The notes under the pieces were generated by a model. The model did not search any database. It saw nothing but the letters and a program-made list of their open reading frames with translations, and had not been told where the DNA came from. From assembly GCA_963799715.1 (NCBI GenBank), contig CAWCYS010000003.1, forward strand, positions 12,789-76,788: a stretch of 64,000 nt of DNA. Direction: 5' to 3'. Below are positions 1 through 11,376 of the stretch, one piece after another. Made by a program: the position numbers and the translations under genes. Every line of letters begins with the position of its first letter. Positions within the stretch are counted from its first letter, which is position 1. Origin of the DNA: Terriglobia bacterium (GTDB lineage Bacteria; Acidobacteriota; Terriglobia; Acidiferrales; UBA7541).

Positions 1-508
1 CGCGATGAAGGCGTTCACGCCGCGAGCGTAGGCCTCAAATAGCGCGCGGCTTTCGGGATCAAGAGCGGCCGCATCGCGCTCGGCCGCCTGCTTGATGCCG
101 TAAGTGCGAAAGAGACGATCGCTCGTAAGCGCAACGCCTCGCGGGCCGACGCCGACCACTTCCGAGATCTCGCCTTCGCCCACGCGGCGGAGCACATCCA
201 TCTGCCACAGGCGATCCTGCGCGGTGACGTAGCCTTGCGCCATCGCCATGTCTTCGACGGAACTGGCCGTGATGTGCGGCCGGCCCCATGCGTCGCGCTT
301 CACGCGAACTTGCGCCGCGAGGCCGGGCAGCGCAATCGAGCCGTCGAGTTGCGGCAAGGCGCGATGCGCAATCCACCACACGTCGGCCGTTGCACCAATG
401 AGGATTGCGGCTATCCCGGCCAGTAGAGCGATGACGATTGCGCGAATTTTGCTTATGGCCGTGGCCTCCGCGAAAGGGAGTCTAGCGCGAATGATTCCTG
501 AAGTTCAT
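1..508 (-). CDS. penicillin acylase / AHL acylase family (Ntn hydrolase), N-terminal part; 3' end runs off the window
   Basis: Own minus-strand translation; it is absent from the ORF track because it leaves the window: ...KIRAIVIALLAGIAAILIGATADVWWIAHRALPQLDGSIALPGLAAQVRVKRDAWGRPHITASSVEDMAMAQGYVTAQDRLWQMDVLRRVGEGEISEVVG... This is a membrane anchor followed by the RD.WG.PHI and GY..AQDRLWQMD motifs typical of penicillin amidase N-termini. The in-frame stop is at 505-507. There is no canonical in-frame start, and the ATG at 506-508 is one frame off, so the start is uncertain. Confidence 0.7.
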
Positions 509-803
509 CGAAAAACATCGCCCGGTCCGAAGAGCCGCTCCGCTCGAAATTGAACGATGGAATTTGCGAACCACACCGACTAGAATCTGCCGCACACAGT
601 GAACTCATGTGGGTTGAGCCGCCGTGATGCGCCCGTTGCGAACTCGCCGTGGACTTAACACCGGCGCGGCGCCGGAGTTAGATGTGGGACTTGAGCTGAA
701 GGCTGGTTCGCGAAGCCGCCGGGGTAATCCCGAGCAATTCAGGGAATAGCGTACGCGGGTGAGCTGCGCCAGCGCAGAACCCCCAAAAATTCCAGGAGGA
801 AGT

Positions 804-2741
804 ATGTCCAGCCGAACTTCTCCCGCGGGCGCAACGCGCCCGCATCGCGACTCGCGAAGCATCCTCTCAATCGCCGTCGCGATTTTGCTCCTGGCCCTGA
901 TGGGATTTTTGGCGGGGGGCGCGGCGCTGCGCGAGACGGTGACGTTCGACGAGCTGGCCCACATCGGCGCCGGTCTCAGTTACTGGCAAAAGCTGGACAT
1001 GCGCATGAACGAGGAGCATCCCCCGCTAGCTAAAATGTTGGCGGCTCTGCCCCCAGTGCTGCGTGGTACGCGCGCGGATTACTCGAACGCTTCGTGGACC
1101 CAGAGCAAAAACTTTTTTCCGGCATACCTTGGCCAGTGGGCTTTTGGCGAATGGGTGCTCAAGCACTGGAACGATCCGGTGTCCACGTTGGCTTGGGCGC
1201 GCTTTCCCATGCTGCTTTGCACGCTGGCGCTCGGCTGGGTCGTGTTTATTTTCGCGGGGCGCTCGGGCGGCAACTGGGGCGGCCTTTTGTGCCTGGCCAT
1301 GTTTGTCAGCACGCCGGTATTTCTCGCCTTCGGGCCGCTGGTGCTGACGGATGTGGCGATTACTTTAACTTCTCTTCTGGCGTTATGGACGTTTGCCGAG
1401 TTGTGGCATGAGCCCAACAATCAAAACATCACGCTGTTCGCCGTGGCTCTGGCGGCCGCGCTACTTTCAAAATTTACCGCCGGGCTGCTCTTTTTTGCCT
1501 TTGCCGGCTTCTCGCTGAGTACACGCTGGCGTCCCGTGCCCGGCCAGCCGTTGACGAAACCTGATGCGCGCGCGTGGCGGCGCCTACGCTGGCGTTCCAC
1601 GAGGAAGGGCGTCTTCCGGGCAGCCTGCTGGTGTATGTCTTTTACTTACTTCGTTTCTTGGAACCAGCCCAGCGACGCTCTCTACCAGTTGGGGCAATGG
1701 CTGGGTCTCGCTGATCCTGCGCCGGCTGCTCATGCCGCCGTTGCTCTATCTGCGTGGCGTGTTCATGGTCGTTATTTACCGCGCTCCGGCCGACGTTTCT
1801 TCTCGGGCATGACTATCCGCATGGCGTGTGGTACTACTTCCTCGTTCTCTTCGCGCTGAAGTCCACACTCGGGTTTCTAGCAGTGCTCGTCTTGGCGCTC
1901 GATCGTGGCCCTTCTCGCCAAACGCAGCACGGCGCATCCCTGCGGAGTCCGGCGAGCCGGTGGCGATTCCCGCTGAGTTGGGCGTGCACTGGCGCGTGCT
2001 GTGGGTTTCGCTCGTCGTTTTCACGCGTGGCGTGCATGGCCAGCCATTTCGACATCAGCATCCGCCACTTCACGATCCCCATCGTCTTGGCTGATTCTCT
2101 TGCTGGCTCCGCTGCCGCGCTTGCTGTCGCGGATCGGGACGCCGGTGGCGCGAGCGGCGAAGCGTCCTGATGGCGGCGCTCGCTGCGTGCAGTCTCTTCG
2201 CGGCCGTGCATGCGTATCCGTTTTACATTCCCTTCGTCAATTCGCTTCCTCTGGGGCATCCCGCCTACGAGCTTTTCGGAGATTCCAATCTCGATTGGAA
2301 CCAGGGTTTGCCGGAAGTAAGACTGTTTCGCCGAACAGCACGGCTTGCAGAGAATCCCCGTTGATGCCTACGGGTTCACCAACCTCACCACCACCGTGCC
2401 GCAAGCCCAATTCTGGAATTGCCAAAAACCCGCGGCGGAAGACGCCGGACAGTGGGTCGCGGTCTCGGCCGGCATGATTCTAGACGTCCACAATTGCGCG
2501 TGGCTGATGCGGTATCCCCATGAATCGCTGGCGGGCGGCAGCATGTACGCCGTTCACCTTCCGGATTCCATCCCGCCCGCGGGAGTGCCCGGCGGACCTC
2601 CGCTTCCTGCCGATATGGCGGGAATTCTTTGGCATTCCCGTAGACATTCGCCTCATTTTCATGAATGTCATCAACGATCCCGAGAAGCTTCCCGAAGTCA
2701 TGGCCCAATTCGAGCCCAGCAAGCAGAAGCCCAAGAAATAA
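804..2741 (+). CDS. GT-C fold membrane glycosyltransferase (GT39 / ArnT-PMT-like), reading frame interrupted many times
   Basis: Stitched from ORF fragments 759..1859, 1564..1812, 1754..2170, 1828..2094, 2001..2477, 2170..2364, 2345..2821 and 2520..2741. AGGAGGA lies just upstream of ATG 804. Motifs are ETVTFDELAHIGAGLSYW..NEEHPPLAKML, multiple TM segments, and LLGHDYPHGVWYYF. The frame is intact to about 1690, then changes at least six times. Confidence 0.65.
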
Positions 2742-3034
2742 AGGCAACCACAATTCTCGCTCCGGCGGACTTGCTGCGGAATCACAGACTTGCGCCAATG
2801 CAACCGCCGCTCTGTGAATAGTTGTTCACTGGCCGCCGGTCGCGGGCCGCGAATGTTACACTTTTCCCATGACTCTGGTCGAATCGCCTGCGAATTGAAA
2901 GATGCGCCGCCATGAGGACAACTCCGCGGCTCGGCGTGGAGATTCGGCGCCGTGATGCCGGCCGCGGAGATTCGGTCCGCGCGCGCAGAGGTCAGCCAGA
3001 GAAGACCGCAACGGCGCTGGAGCTCCGCACAGCT

Positions 3035-4440
3035 ATGATTGGACTGCGGCTGCTGGCGATTCTCGCGCTGGTTCTGATCAACGGATTTTTCGCCGCGGCG
3101 GAATTTTCGCTGGTGGCGGTGCGGCTATCGCGCGTGCGGCAGTTGGTGGAGCAGGGAAATGTCGCGGGCGCGCGTGGTGCAGACGTTGCTGGGGCGGCTC
3201 GATCGCGTCGTCTCCGGCGTGCAGGTGGGAATCACGCTGACGAGCCTGGGCCTCGGCGCGCTGGGCGAATTGACTCTGGCAGCGCTGCTGCGGCCGATGC
3301 TGGATTGGTTGCCGGGACGCCCGGCGGTGATCGTGCTGCACGCGATGTCACTCGCGCTGGCGTTCGCGCTGCTGACGGTGCTGCACGTGGTGCTGGGCGA
3401 ACTGGTGCCGAAATCGTTGAGCTTGCAGCGCGCGGAGCGCGTGGCGCTGCTGGTGGCGGTGCCGTTCGCGGCGTATCTGAAGACGTTTCGCTGGGCGATT
3501 GACGCGCTCGACGGCGCGAGCCGCATGATCATGCGCGGACTCGGATTCGAGTCGACGTACAGTCACACGGTGGTGCGTTCGGCGGAGGAGCTGGAGATCC
3601 AGATTCGTCAGGCGCGCGAGCGCGGATTGCTGGCGCCGGGCGAAGAGAAATTCGTTCTGAGCGCGATCCAACTTGGCCAGGTGCGCGTGCGCGAGATCAT
3701 GGTGCCGCGTCCGGACATGCACGTGCTGCCGATCGAGTCCGGGCTGGAAGAGGTGATGCGCATGTTTGCGACGACGCAGCGCTCGCGCATTCCGGTGTAC
3801 GAAGGCACGGTGGATCATCTCGCGGGCTACGTTCACATCAAGGACATGCTTTGGGTGCTGCTGGATCGCGAGCGGCGGGCCGAAGAGGGTTTGCCCGTGC
3901 CGGACTTCGATTTGCGGCGCGTGCTGCGCGATATTCGCATCGTGCCGGAGAGCAAGCCCGCGGTGGAATTGCTCGCGGAATTGCGCGAGACATCGCACGG
4001 GCATCGCGGCGGTGGTGGATGAGTACGGAAGCATTCTCGGACTGGTGACGCTCGAGGATTTGCTCGAACAGGTGGCGGGCGAGATTCACGATGAGTTCGA
4101 CGTGGTGGAGCGGCCGCAAGTGGTGGGGCACGGCGCGGACGCGGCGATGATCTTCGACGCGTCGCTGCCGGTGCGCGATCTCGAGACGCAGTACAACATC
4201 GCGCTGCCGGAGGATCCGGCGTATGCGACCGTCGGCGGATTCGTGCTGAACCAGTTGCAATTCATTCCGCGCGGCGGCGAGAGTTTTGATTACGGCGGGA
4301 ATCGCTTCACGGTGATCGAGATGGACCGGCGGCGCGTGGCGCGCGTGAAAATCGAGCGATTGAAACTTGCCGCGACGGACGCCGCGGCGGGCGATGCGGC
4401 TGCGCCTGCGATCGTGCCGAAAACAGCGGAGCGTCCCTGA
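3035..4440 (+). CDS. hemolysin/CorC-family protein (CNNM/DUF21 TM domain + CBS pair + CorC_HlyC), two frame breaks
   Basis: Three fragments. 2912..3502 gives the DUF21 N-terminus from ATG 3035 (MIGLRLLAILALVLINGFFAAAEFSLVAV). 3159..4022 gives the TM region and CBS pair (IMVPRPDM.., RIPVYEG). 3766..4440 gives AAVVDEYGSILGLVTLEDLLEQVAGEI plus the C-terminal transporter-associated domain. Frame changes are near 3160 and 4010. Confidence 0.8.
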
Positions 4441-4447
4441 CTCAATC

Positions 4448-5371
4448 ATGATTAAAAAAGTGATGCGGCGCGTGCTGTACACGATTCCGGCCATCTGGCT
4501 GATCCTCACGATGGTGTTTCTGCTGATTCACATCGTGCCGGGAGATCCGGTGCAACAGATGCTGGGTGAGGATGCGCGCCCGGAAGATATCGGGCCGCTG
4601 CGCCACGCGCTGGGCCTGGACGTGCCGATCGGCACGCAATACGCGCGTTACCTGAAGGGATCTGGTGCGCGGCAATTGGGGAGAATCGTTTCACTTCAGC
4701 CGGCCCGTGTTCGCGATTGTGTTCGAGCATTTTCCGGCCACGCTCGAGCTTGCGATTGCGGCGTTGCTGGTGTGCCTGCTCATCGCGATTCCGGCGGGCG
4801 TTTATTCGGCGCAGAAGCGGGGAAGCACGGGCGATCGCGCGACGTCGGTGTTCACGCTGCTCGGATTGTCGGTGCCGAATTTCGCGCTTGGCCCGATGTT
4901 GATTTTGCTTTTCTCGATTGAGATCGGCTGGCTGCCGGTCTCGGGACGCGGCGGCTGGGCGCATCTCGTGCTGCCCGCGGTCACGCTCGGAGCGGCGCTG
5001 GCGGCGATTCTGACGCGAATGGTGCGCGCGGCGATGATCGAGGAATTGTCCAGCGACTATGTGCGCACGGCGCGTGCGAAGGGATTGTCGGAACGCGCGG
5101 TGCTGTTCCGCCACGCGTTTCCGAACGCGCTGGTGCCCATCATCACCGTGGTCGGGCTGCAATTCGGTTCGCTGCTGGCGGGGACGATCGTCACCGAAAC
5201 GATTTTTTCGTGGCCGGGAATCGGGCGGCATTGCAGTGCAGGCGATCACGACGCGCGACTATCCGCTGCTTGCAGGGATGCATTCTCGTGATTGCGCTCT
5301 CCTACGTATTCGTGAACCTGCTGACGGATTTGGTTTATTCCTGGGTGGACCCGCGGGTGCGCGTGCAATGA
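4448..5371 (+). CDS. ABC transporter permease, Dpp/Opp/Nik (DppB-like) type, frame-interrupted
   Basis: ATG 4448 gives MIKKVMRRVLYTIPAIWLILTMVFLLIHIVPGDPV (in ORF 4367..4921). ORF 4665..5291 carries the conserved loop SSDYVRTARAKGLSERAVLFRHAFPNALVPIITVVGLQFGSLLAGTIVTETIFSWPGIG. The tail ..VFVNLLTDLVYSWVDPRVRVQ* lies in further frames. There are about three frame changes. Stop 5369-5371 overlaps the next ATG (ATGA). Confidence 0.8.
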
Positions 5372-6355
5372 GCGGCGAATCGTCATTCGGATCGTTCTGG
5401 AAGCGAAGCGCGCTGGGGCGCTGGGGACTTGTGGTCACGGCGCTGCTGTTGCTGACCGCGCTGTTTGCGCCGTGGCTTGCGCCGCGCGATCCCGCCGCGC
5501 AGGATCTGCCGAATCGCCTGGCGTCGCCGAGCGCGGCGCACTGGTTCGGCACGGACGAATTGGGGCGCGACATTTTATCGCGAACGATTTACGGCGCGCG
5601 CGTTTCGATGCTGGTGGGCGTCTCTGTCGTGCTGGGCGCGGGACTCACGGGCCTTGGCGATCGGGTCGCTCGCGGGCTACATCGGCGGCGCGTTCGACAG
5701 TGTTGTGAACATCGTGCTGATCAATGCATTTTTATCGTTCCCGGGGATTTTGCTGGCGATTGCGCTGGCGGCGTTTCTCGGACCGGGCGTCGGCAAGGTG
5801 ATTCTCGCGCTGATTGTGACGGGCTGGGCGGGTTACGCACGGCTGGCGCGCGCGCAAGTGCTGAAGGTGAAAGAGATGGAATTCATCGCGGCGGCGCGAT
5901 CGCTGGGCGCAAGCGATACGCGCATTCTCCTGCGGCACTTGCTGCCGAACACGATTCAACCCGTGCTGATTCAGGCGACGATCGGAATGGCGGGCGCGAT
6001 TCTTGCGGAATCCACGCTGAGTTTTCTGGGATTGGGCGTGCTGGCGCCGACGCCGAGTTGGGGCGCGATGCTGAATGATGCGCGCAATCATTTGTTCGAC
6101 GCGCCGCACCTGGTGATTTTCCCGGCGCTGGCGATCATGGCCGCGGTGCTGGCGTTCAATCTGCTGGGCGATGCGCTGCGCGACTGGCTCGATCCGCGCA
6201 CGCGGTCGTTTCTGATCACGCAGGATTTGTGCAGCGGTGAGCGCGCTAGGCGGCGGGAAGTTCGAGGTGACTTCGGCGCCGCGCGCCACGCCAAGCGTGC
6301 GGGCGGCGTTGCCTTTGTTGATTGCGATTTCCAGAAATCCACTCGATCCGATTAG
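5368..6355 (+). CDS. ABC transporter permease, DppC/OppC-like, one frame break; 3' end uncertain
   Basis: ATG 5368. Fragment 5059..6078 gives MSGESSFGSFWKRSALGRWGLVVTALLLLTALFAPWLAPRDP..HWFGTDELGRDILSRTIYGARVS. Fragment 5465..6355 gives ..FLSFPGILLAIALAAFLGPG..FIAAARSLGASDTRILLRHLLPN..LGDALRDWLDPRTR. The frame changes near 5650. The in-frame stop is at 6355, but the last ~110 nt overlap the convergent gene, so the true end is probably around 6215-6240. Confidence 0.75.
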
Positions 6356-7046
6356 CGCGACCGGCTCGCCCGGCGCGCCCTGGCCGAACGTGAGAACAAA
6401 TCGCTCGATCGTTTTGGCGCCGGCCTGAAGTTTGATTTTTCCGGATTCGACCGCGGCGGGCGGCACATCTTCCGAGCGCAAATTCGTCATCAGGTTACCG
6501 AACGTATCCACCTTCAGCACCAGACCTTTCAACGCCGCTGCCATTCGGTTTGGGTTTCGGCACGCTGAAGCGCACAAAATTCGTGATCGATTCGCCGAAC
6601 GATTCCGTTTGCCATCCTTTCGAGAGCCAGCCCGCCACGGGCGCAAAAACGTCCCGGCCATGAAACGTCGGGCTGACGGGATCGAGGAAATTGTGAGACG
6701 CCGTGATGTGGCGCACCGGTCGCGCGGGGTCGCGCTCGTACACCATCGAAAGCACGCCGTTGTCCGGGGCGATGAAATAGTGCTGCGCGGCCGTGACGAG
6801 CAGCGGCCGGCGCTCCGTGCCCACGCCCGGATCGACGATCACGAGGTGAATCGTGCGCGGCGGAAAATATTGCCAGGCCGCGCCGATGGTGAGCGCGCCG
6901 TCCAGCACGTCGAACGGCGCTACGTGGTGCTGCAAATCCACAAGTCGTGCGGCGGGATTGATGTTGAGAATGACGCCTTTCATCGTGCCGACAAGATGGT
7001 CGGACGTACCGAAGTCAGTGGTCAGCGTGATGATGGGATCGGTCAC
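6246..7046 (-). CDS. SAM hydroxide adenosyltransferase / DUF62 (chlorinase-fluorinase-like) family protein, frame-interrupted
   Basis: ORF 6495..7046 gives MTDPIITLTTDFGTSDHLVGTMKGVILNINP..IVDPGVGTERRPLL..FHGRDVFAPVAGWL. Part of ORF 5732..6661 gives LKGLVLKVDTFGNLMTNL..GSSGFLEIAINKGNAARTLGV. The frame changes near 6540. A second 1-nt change near 6260 would give ..GAEVHLELPAA* ending at TAG 6246-6248. Confidence 0.75.
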
Positions 7047-7220
7047 GGGCGCCTTCCCCTTGAGTGCTTGTGCAGGCTGCGCGCGCGAAGGGGTTCGCTG
7101 CGAAAACGGCCACGTTTCACGCTAACGGACGCGATAGACAGTGTCAAGGCAACGTGCCCCAAGCGCTACGTGGGCGCGGCGTATCTTTTCGATTCCAGCC
7201 CCTTTTTAGTCGGCGGCGCA

Positions 7221-7772
7221 TCACCCGGACCATGCTTCGCGAATTCGGCGCACAAGCTCGCTGGTGCTCACTGGGCGTAATGTAACAATTCTGATGACTG
7301 TGCCGATGCCGATTGGGCCGTCGTACTCCGCGAGCAATTCGGGCGAGAGCGACTTCAGCGCGTGAGCAGGGTGGCGGCGCGTCGAGGCTGCGCGTTCGGC
7401 GAAACGACGGGCCATCTCTTCCGGCGGGCAACTGCAATAAGCCTCCACAATCTTGCCGCCAAGATTCTTGATTCGTTCTCGTTCGTGCACGTTGTGCGGA
7501 TGAAAATTCGCCTCCAGCACGACTTGTGGGCACTGCGCCGCCAACGCGAGCATCACCGCGATCGCCGCGTCGCTGAACTTGCGCGACTGCGCGAGATCGC
7601 CCGCGCAGCCATCGAGCGCGTCGAAGAGCGCCTCTTTGATGGGATCCTTCGAGAGCAGCGCAAATCCCAGCGCCGCGGCGAGCGGTTCGGCGACGCTCGT
7701 CTTCCCCGCGCCGGGCGCGCCGGTGACGAGGACAACTCTGCGCGCTGAGTCTGAATTCATGAGCGCACTCAT
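7221..7772 (-). CDS. P-loop NTPase / AAA_33-like small kinase family protein
   Basis: Intact 183-aa ORF with Walker A VVLVTGAPGAGKTSVAE near the N-terminus. Its size and layout resemble small nucleotide or antibiotic kinase-like ATPases. The substrate cannot be inferred. Confidence 0.6.
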   Translation of the reverse strand: MSALMNSDSARRVVLVTGAPGAGKTSVAEPLAAALGFALLSKDPIKEALFDALDGCAGDLAQSRKFSDAAIAVMLALAAQCPQVVLEANFHPHNVHERERIKNLGGKIVEAYCSCPPEEMARRFAERAASTRRHPAHALKSLSPELLAEYDGPIGIGTVIRIVTLRPVSTSELVRRIREAWSG

Positions 7773-7909
7773 GATAAGCCATCAGTCGGCGCGCAGCCTA
7801 CCCGTACCCAGGCAGAAAGCCGCGCGCATTGTCAGTTTGGCCGAAGCGCGCGAATCGCCAGGGTTATCGGGGATTTGCGTCGATAGCGCGTGAGAGCGTT
7901 TGCGCCTTG

Positions 7910-8821
7910 TTACTTGTTCTTACTTCGAGCCTCCGCCAATACGTCCATCATGGGCAGCGCGCCACCGCTTCCTTCAACCAACGTACTCGGAAGGTGTCCG
8001 TCCCATTTTTCTTTCATCATTTCGATCGTGCGGAGCTGGAGCAACTCCGGCGTGATCTGCTCTTTTTGCAGTTTGAGGGCATCCGCTTCTCCCTGCGCCT
8101 GGGCAACTTGCTGTTGAGCCTGGATCTGAATGCGAGTGAGGTCGTTCTTCGCCTTCTCTGCCAACTGCTCGGCCGTGACCTTCGCCTCGATGGCGTTCTC
8201 AAAATCCTGAGAGAAACTGAAATCCGTGATTGAGGTCGTCTCCGCAACGATGTGGTAGGGCGCGAGACGTGCCCTCACGAAAGTTTCGATGCCATCACTT
8301 ACGAGGGGGCGTTCACTCACCAACTGTTGGACGTCGTATTGAGCCGTGACCGATTTGATGGCTTCCAGAATGGCGGGAGTGATGACTCGAGTCTCTGCGT
8401 CGTCATTGAGAGTCACCAGAATGTCAGTCGCATACGCCGGGTCGATGTGATATGCGAGCGTGACTTCAGCATGGACGACCTGCAAGTCGTGGCTGGCGGC
8501 GTTCTCGGACGGCTTCACGATGGAGGTCTGCACGCTGACTGGCGTAACGGTGTCCGCGAAAGGCAGAACGAAGTGCGGTCCCGGAGTGAGTTGTCGGACG
8601 GGCCTCCCGAAGCGCAGCACAACTCCGATGGTCCCCGCCGTCACCGTGGTGAAGGACATGGCTATGAATCCGAAGAAGAGCGCGATGAGAAAGAATGGAA
8701 GACCGCGAAACGCATGTATCTTCAAGGTTCGGCCCTCGTGGGGCAGCCCGACCAATTCAAACGTACGCATCGCGCCAAAAATTAACGCTCCAAGAAACAG
8801 TAAGATGAAAAGAATTCCCAT
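7910..8821 (-). CDS. SPFH / band-7 (prohibitin-like) membrane protein
   Basis: Intact 303-aa ORF. It has an N-terminal TM region, then GTIGVVLRFGRPVRQLTPGPHFVLPFADTV..VQTSIV.., then a coiled-coil tail AEQLAEKAKNDLTRIQIQAQQQVAQAQGEADALKL. This is the typical prohibitin-homology domain architecture. Confidence 0.8.
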   Translation of the reverse strand: MGILFILLFLGALIFGAMRTFELVGLPHEGRTLKIHAFRGLPFFLIALFFGFIAMSFTTVTAGTIGVVLRFGRPVRQLTPGPHFVLPFADTVTPVSVQTSIVKPSENAASHDLQVVHAEVTLAYHIDPAYATDILVTLNDDAETRVITPAILEAIKSVTAQYDVQQLVSERPLVSDGIETFVRARLAPYHIVAETTSITDFSFSQDFENAIEAKVTAEQLAEKAKNDLTRIQIQAQQQVAQAQGEADALKLQKEQITPELLQLRTIEMMKEKWDGHLPSTLVEGSGGALPMMDVLAEARSKNK

Positions 8822-9013
8822 GTTGGCTTCTCCTATTCTGCAAATGCTCCTTAGGCCTGGCTATCGGGCGCGATTATATGGAATCGGTGAGTACGGCACC
8901 AGTAAAGCACATCTGCGCCGCCGTCCAACCTCCGTTCCTTGACCCTCCTGCTGGCTGCGGCTATTCTGAATCATTCGCGAGTGACCGGGCTTCCGCCCTT
9001 GATGAATGCATCC

Positions 9014-10211
9014 ATGCGACGCGTGTATCTCGATTACAACGCCACGACTCCCGTAGCCCCGGAAGTCCTTGCGGCGATGCTGCCGTTTTTCGCCGGCGAC
9101 TACGGCAACGCCAGCTCGATTCACGCGTTCGGGCAGAAGTGCCGCGCGGCGGTCGAGGAGGCGCGGGAATCCGTCGCGAAATTGTTGGGGGCGCGCGCAT
9201 CGGAAATTGTGTTCACCAGCGGCGGGACGGAATCGAACAATCAAGCCATCTTCGGCGCGGTGAGCGCGGCCCCCCTGCCGGCGGCAGTGGCCGGCGAGCG
9301 GAAGCATGTGGTGACGACGACGGTGGAGCACGCCGCGGTGAAGACGCCCGTGCGAGGAGTTGGAGCGGCGCGGCGTGGAAGTGACGTACGTGCCGGTGAA
9401 TCGCGAAGGACGCGTATGTCCCGAAGAAATTGCGCGCGCGATTCGCCCGGAAACGGTGTCTGATCTCGGTGATGCTCGCGAATAACGAATTGGGGACGCT
9501 CGAGCCAGTCGGAACGCATCGCGCAATTCGCGGCCGAAAAGAAAATTCTCCTGCACACGGACGCGGTGCAGGCCGCCGGCAAAATTGCGCTGGATGTGAA
9601 CCAGCTCGGCGCGCATTTGCTTTCGATTTCGGCGCACAAAATTTACGGGCCGAAGGGCGTCGGCGCGCTGTACGTGCGCGAAGGGACGCGGCTCGATCCG
9701 TTGTTTTTCGGCGGCCATGCCGGGCGCGACGGCCGGCCCGGAACGGAAAATGTGCCGGGCATCGTGGGCATGGGCAAGGCCGCGGAAATCGCGCGATGCA
9801 GCTCGGCAGAAGAAGCGCCGCGAATCGCGGCGTTGCGCGACCGCTTCGAGCGCGGGATGCTGGCGGCGATTCCGCTCGTGCGCATCAACGGCTGCTGCGC
9901 GCCGCGCACGCCGAACACCTCCAATCTGCTTTTTCCTCACGTCGGAAGCGGAGGCGCTGGTGATCGCGCTGGACCTTAAGGGAATCGCGTGCTCGGCTGG
10001 CGCGGCGTGCTCTTCGGGCACGGTGGAACCGTCGCACGTGCTCACCGCGATCGGCCTGCCGATGCCGGACGCGCATGCTTCCGTGCGATTCAGCCTCGGC
10101 CGCTACACGACGGATGACGACCTCGCTTACGCGCTCGACGTGATTCCTCCTGTCGTGCAGCGCCTGCGCAGCCTCAACCCGCAGTGGCGGGACGCGGCGG
10201 TGGCACGATGA
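9014..10211 (+). CDS. cysteine desulfurase (NifS/IscS class, PLP-dependent), frame-interrupted
   Basis: Fragments are 8939..9463 (from ATG 9014: [54 protein letters not shown]), 9430..9963, 9566..9979 ([45 protein letters not shown]) and 9717..10211 ([38 protein letters not shown]). There are at least four frame changes. Confidence 0.85.
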
Positions 10212-10244
10212 GCTCTGATTCAAAAGGAACGCGCGCCGATCGCC

Positions 10245-11334
10245 GTGGCGATGAGCGGCGGCGTGGACAGTTCCACGGTGGCGGCGATTCTCTGCGAGCG
10301 CGGCGAGTCCGTGATCGGGCTGACGATGCAGCTCTGGGATCAGCGCCGATTGCCGGAGTTGCGTCCTGTGGGCACGGTGCCGCAGCGCTGTTGTTCGCTC
10401 GATGATGCGTATGACGCGCGGCGTGTGGCGCAGCATCTGGGAATTCCGCATTACGTCTTGAATTACGAAGACCGCTTCGAGGAAACGGTCGTGCGTCCGT
10501 TCGTGGATTCGTATCTTGCGGGCTCGACGCCGGTGCCGTGCGCGCAGTGCAACACGCATGTGAAATTCGACCCGCTGATCGCGACCGCGCGCAAGATCGG
10601 AGCCGAGCGTCTGGCGACGGGCCACTACGCGCGCATTCGATTCAACGAAACGAGCGGCCGCTATGAATTGTTGCGCGCCGTGGACGAAGCGAAGGATCAG
10701 TCCTACTTTCTCTACGGCCTGACGCAGGAGCAGATGTCCCGCACGATTTTTCCGCTCGGCGAATTGGACAAGCAGAGCGTGCGCGAAATTGCGCGCCGCG
10801 CCGCCTTGCCCGTGGCGGAAAAGGCCGGAGAGCCAGGAGATTTGTTTTGTGCCGTCGGGCCATTACGTGCAGTTCATCGAGTCGTACTTGGCGGAGCGCG
10901 GCGAGAGCGTGCCGGACGAAGAAGGCGAAATCGTCACGACCAGCGGTGAAGTCCTGGGCCGACATCAGGGGCTTCACCGCTTCACCGTGGGCCAGCGGCG
11001 CGGATTGGGAGTGGCCGTGGGCCGGCCGCTCTACGTGGTTTCGCTCGATCGCGGATCGAATCGCGTGATCGTCGGCGAAGACGAGGAGTTGCGCAGCGCC
11101 GCGTGCGACGTGCGCGACGTGAACTGGATTCCGTTCGCGTTCCCCGAGCGGCCTGTTGCGCGCCACCGTGAAGATTCGCAATCGCCACGAAGCCGCGAGC
11201 GCCACAGTCGAGCCTCGGGACGGCGGCGGCGCGCGCGCGTGCAATTTGACGAGCCGCAGCGCGCCGTGACGCCGGGCCAAGCCGCGATTTTCTACGACGG
11301 CGAGATCGTGCTCGGCGGCGGCTGGATCGTTTAG
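10245..11334 (+). CDS. mnmA: tRNA 2-thiouridine(34) synthase MnmA, frame-interrupted
   Basis: ORF 10245..10949 gives VAMSGGVDSSTVAAIL..CCSLDDAYDARRVAQHLGIPHYVLNYE..PCAQCNTHVKF..ATGHYARI..DQSYFLYGLTQEQM. ORF 10789..11334 gives ESQEICFVPSGHYVQFI..HQGLHRFTVGQRRGLG..YVVSLD..PGQAAIFYDGEIVLGGGWI. Deleting one g at 10823-10824 restores ..VAEKPESQEICF... Two more frame changes lie near 11150-11200. Confidence 0.9.
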
Positions 11335-11376
11335 ACGCGCACCTCTAGTACTCTATTTTTTTCGCGAGGATTCCTG

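Noticed and set aside
540-803. The ~330-bp divergent intergenic region upstream of the first glycosyltransferase, as a candidate riboswitch or sRNA.
   Set aside because: It has some GC-rich self-complementary stretches but no motif I can match to a known RNA family. A divergent promoter region of this size is unremarkable.
11335-11376. A T7 run (ctatttttttcgcg) between convergent mnmA and the DUF948-like gene, as a possible bidirectional terminator.
   Set aside because: I could not find a convincing GC-rich stem immediately adjacent to the T-run on either strand.
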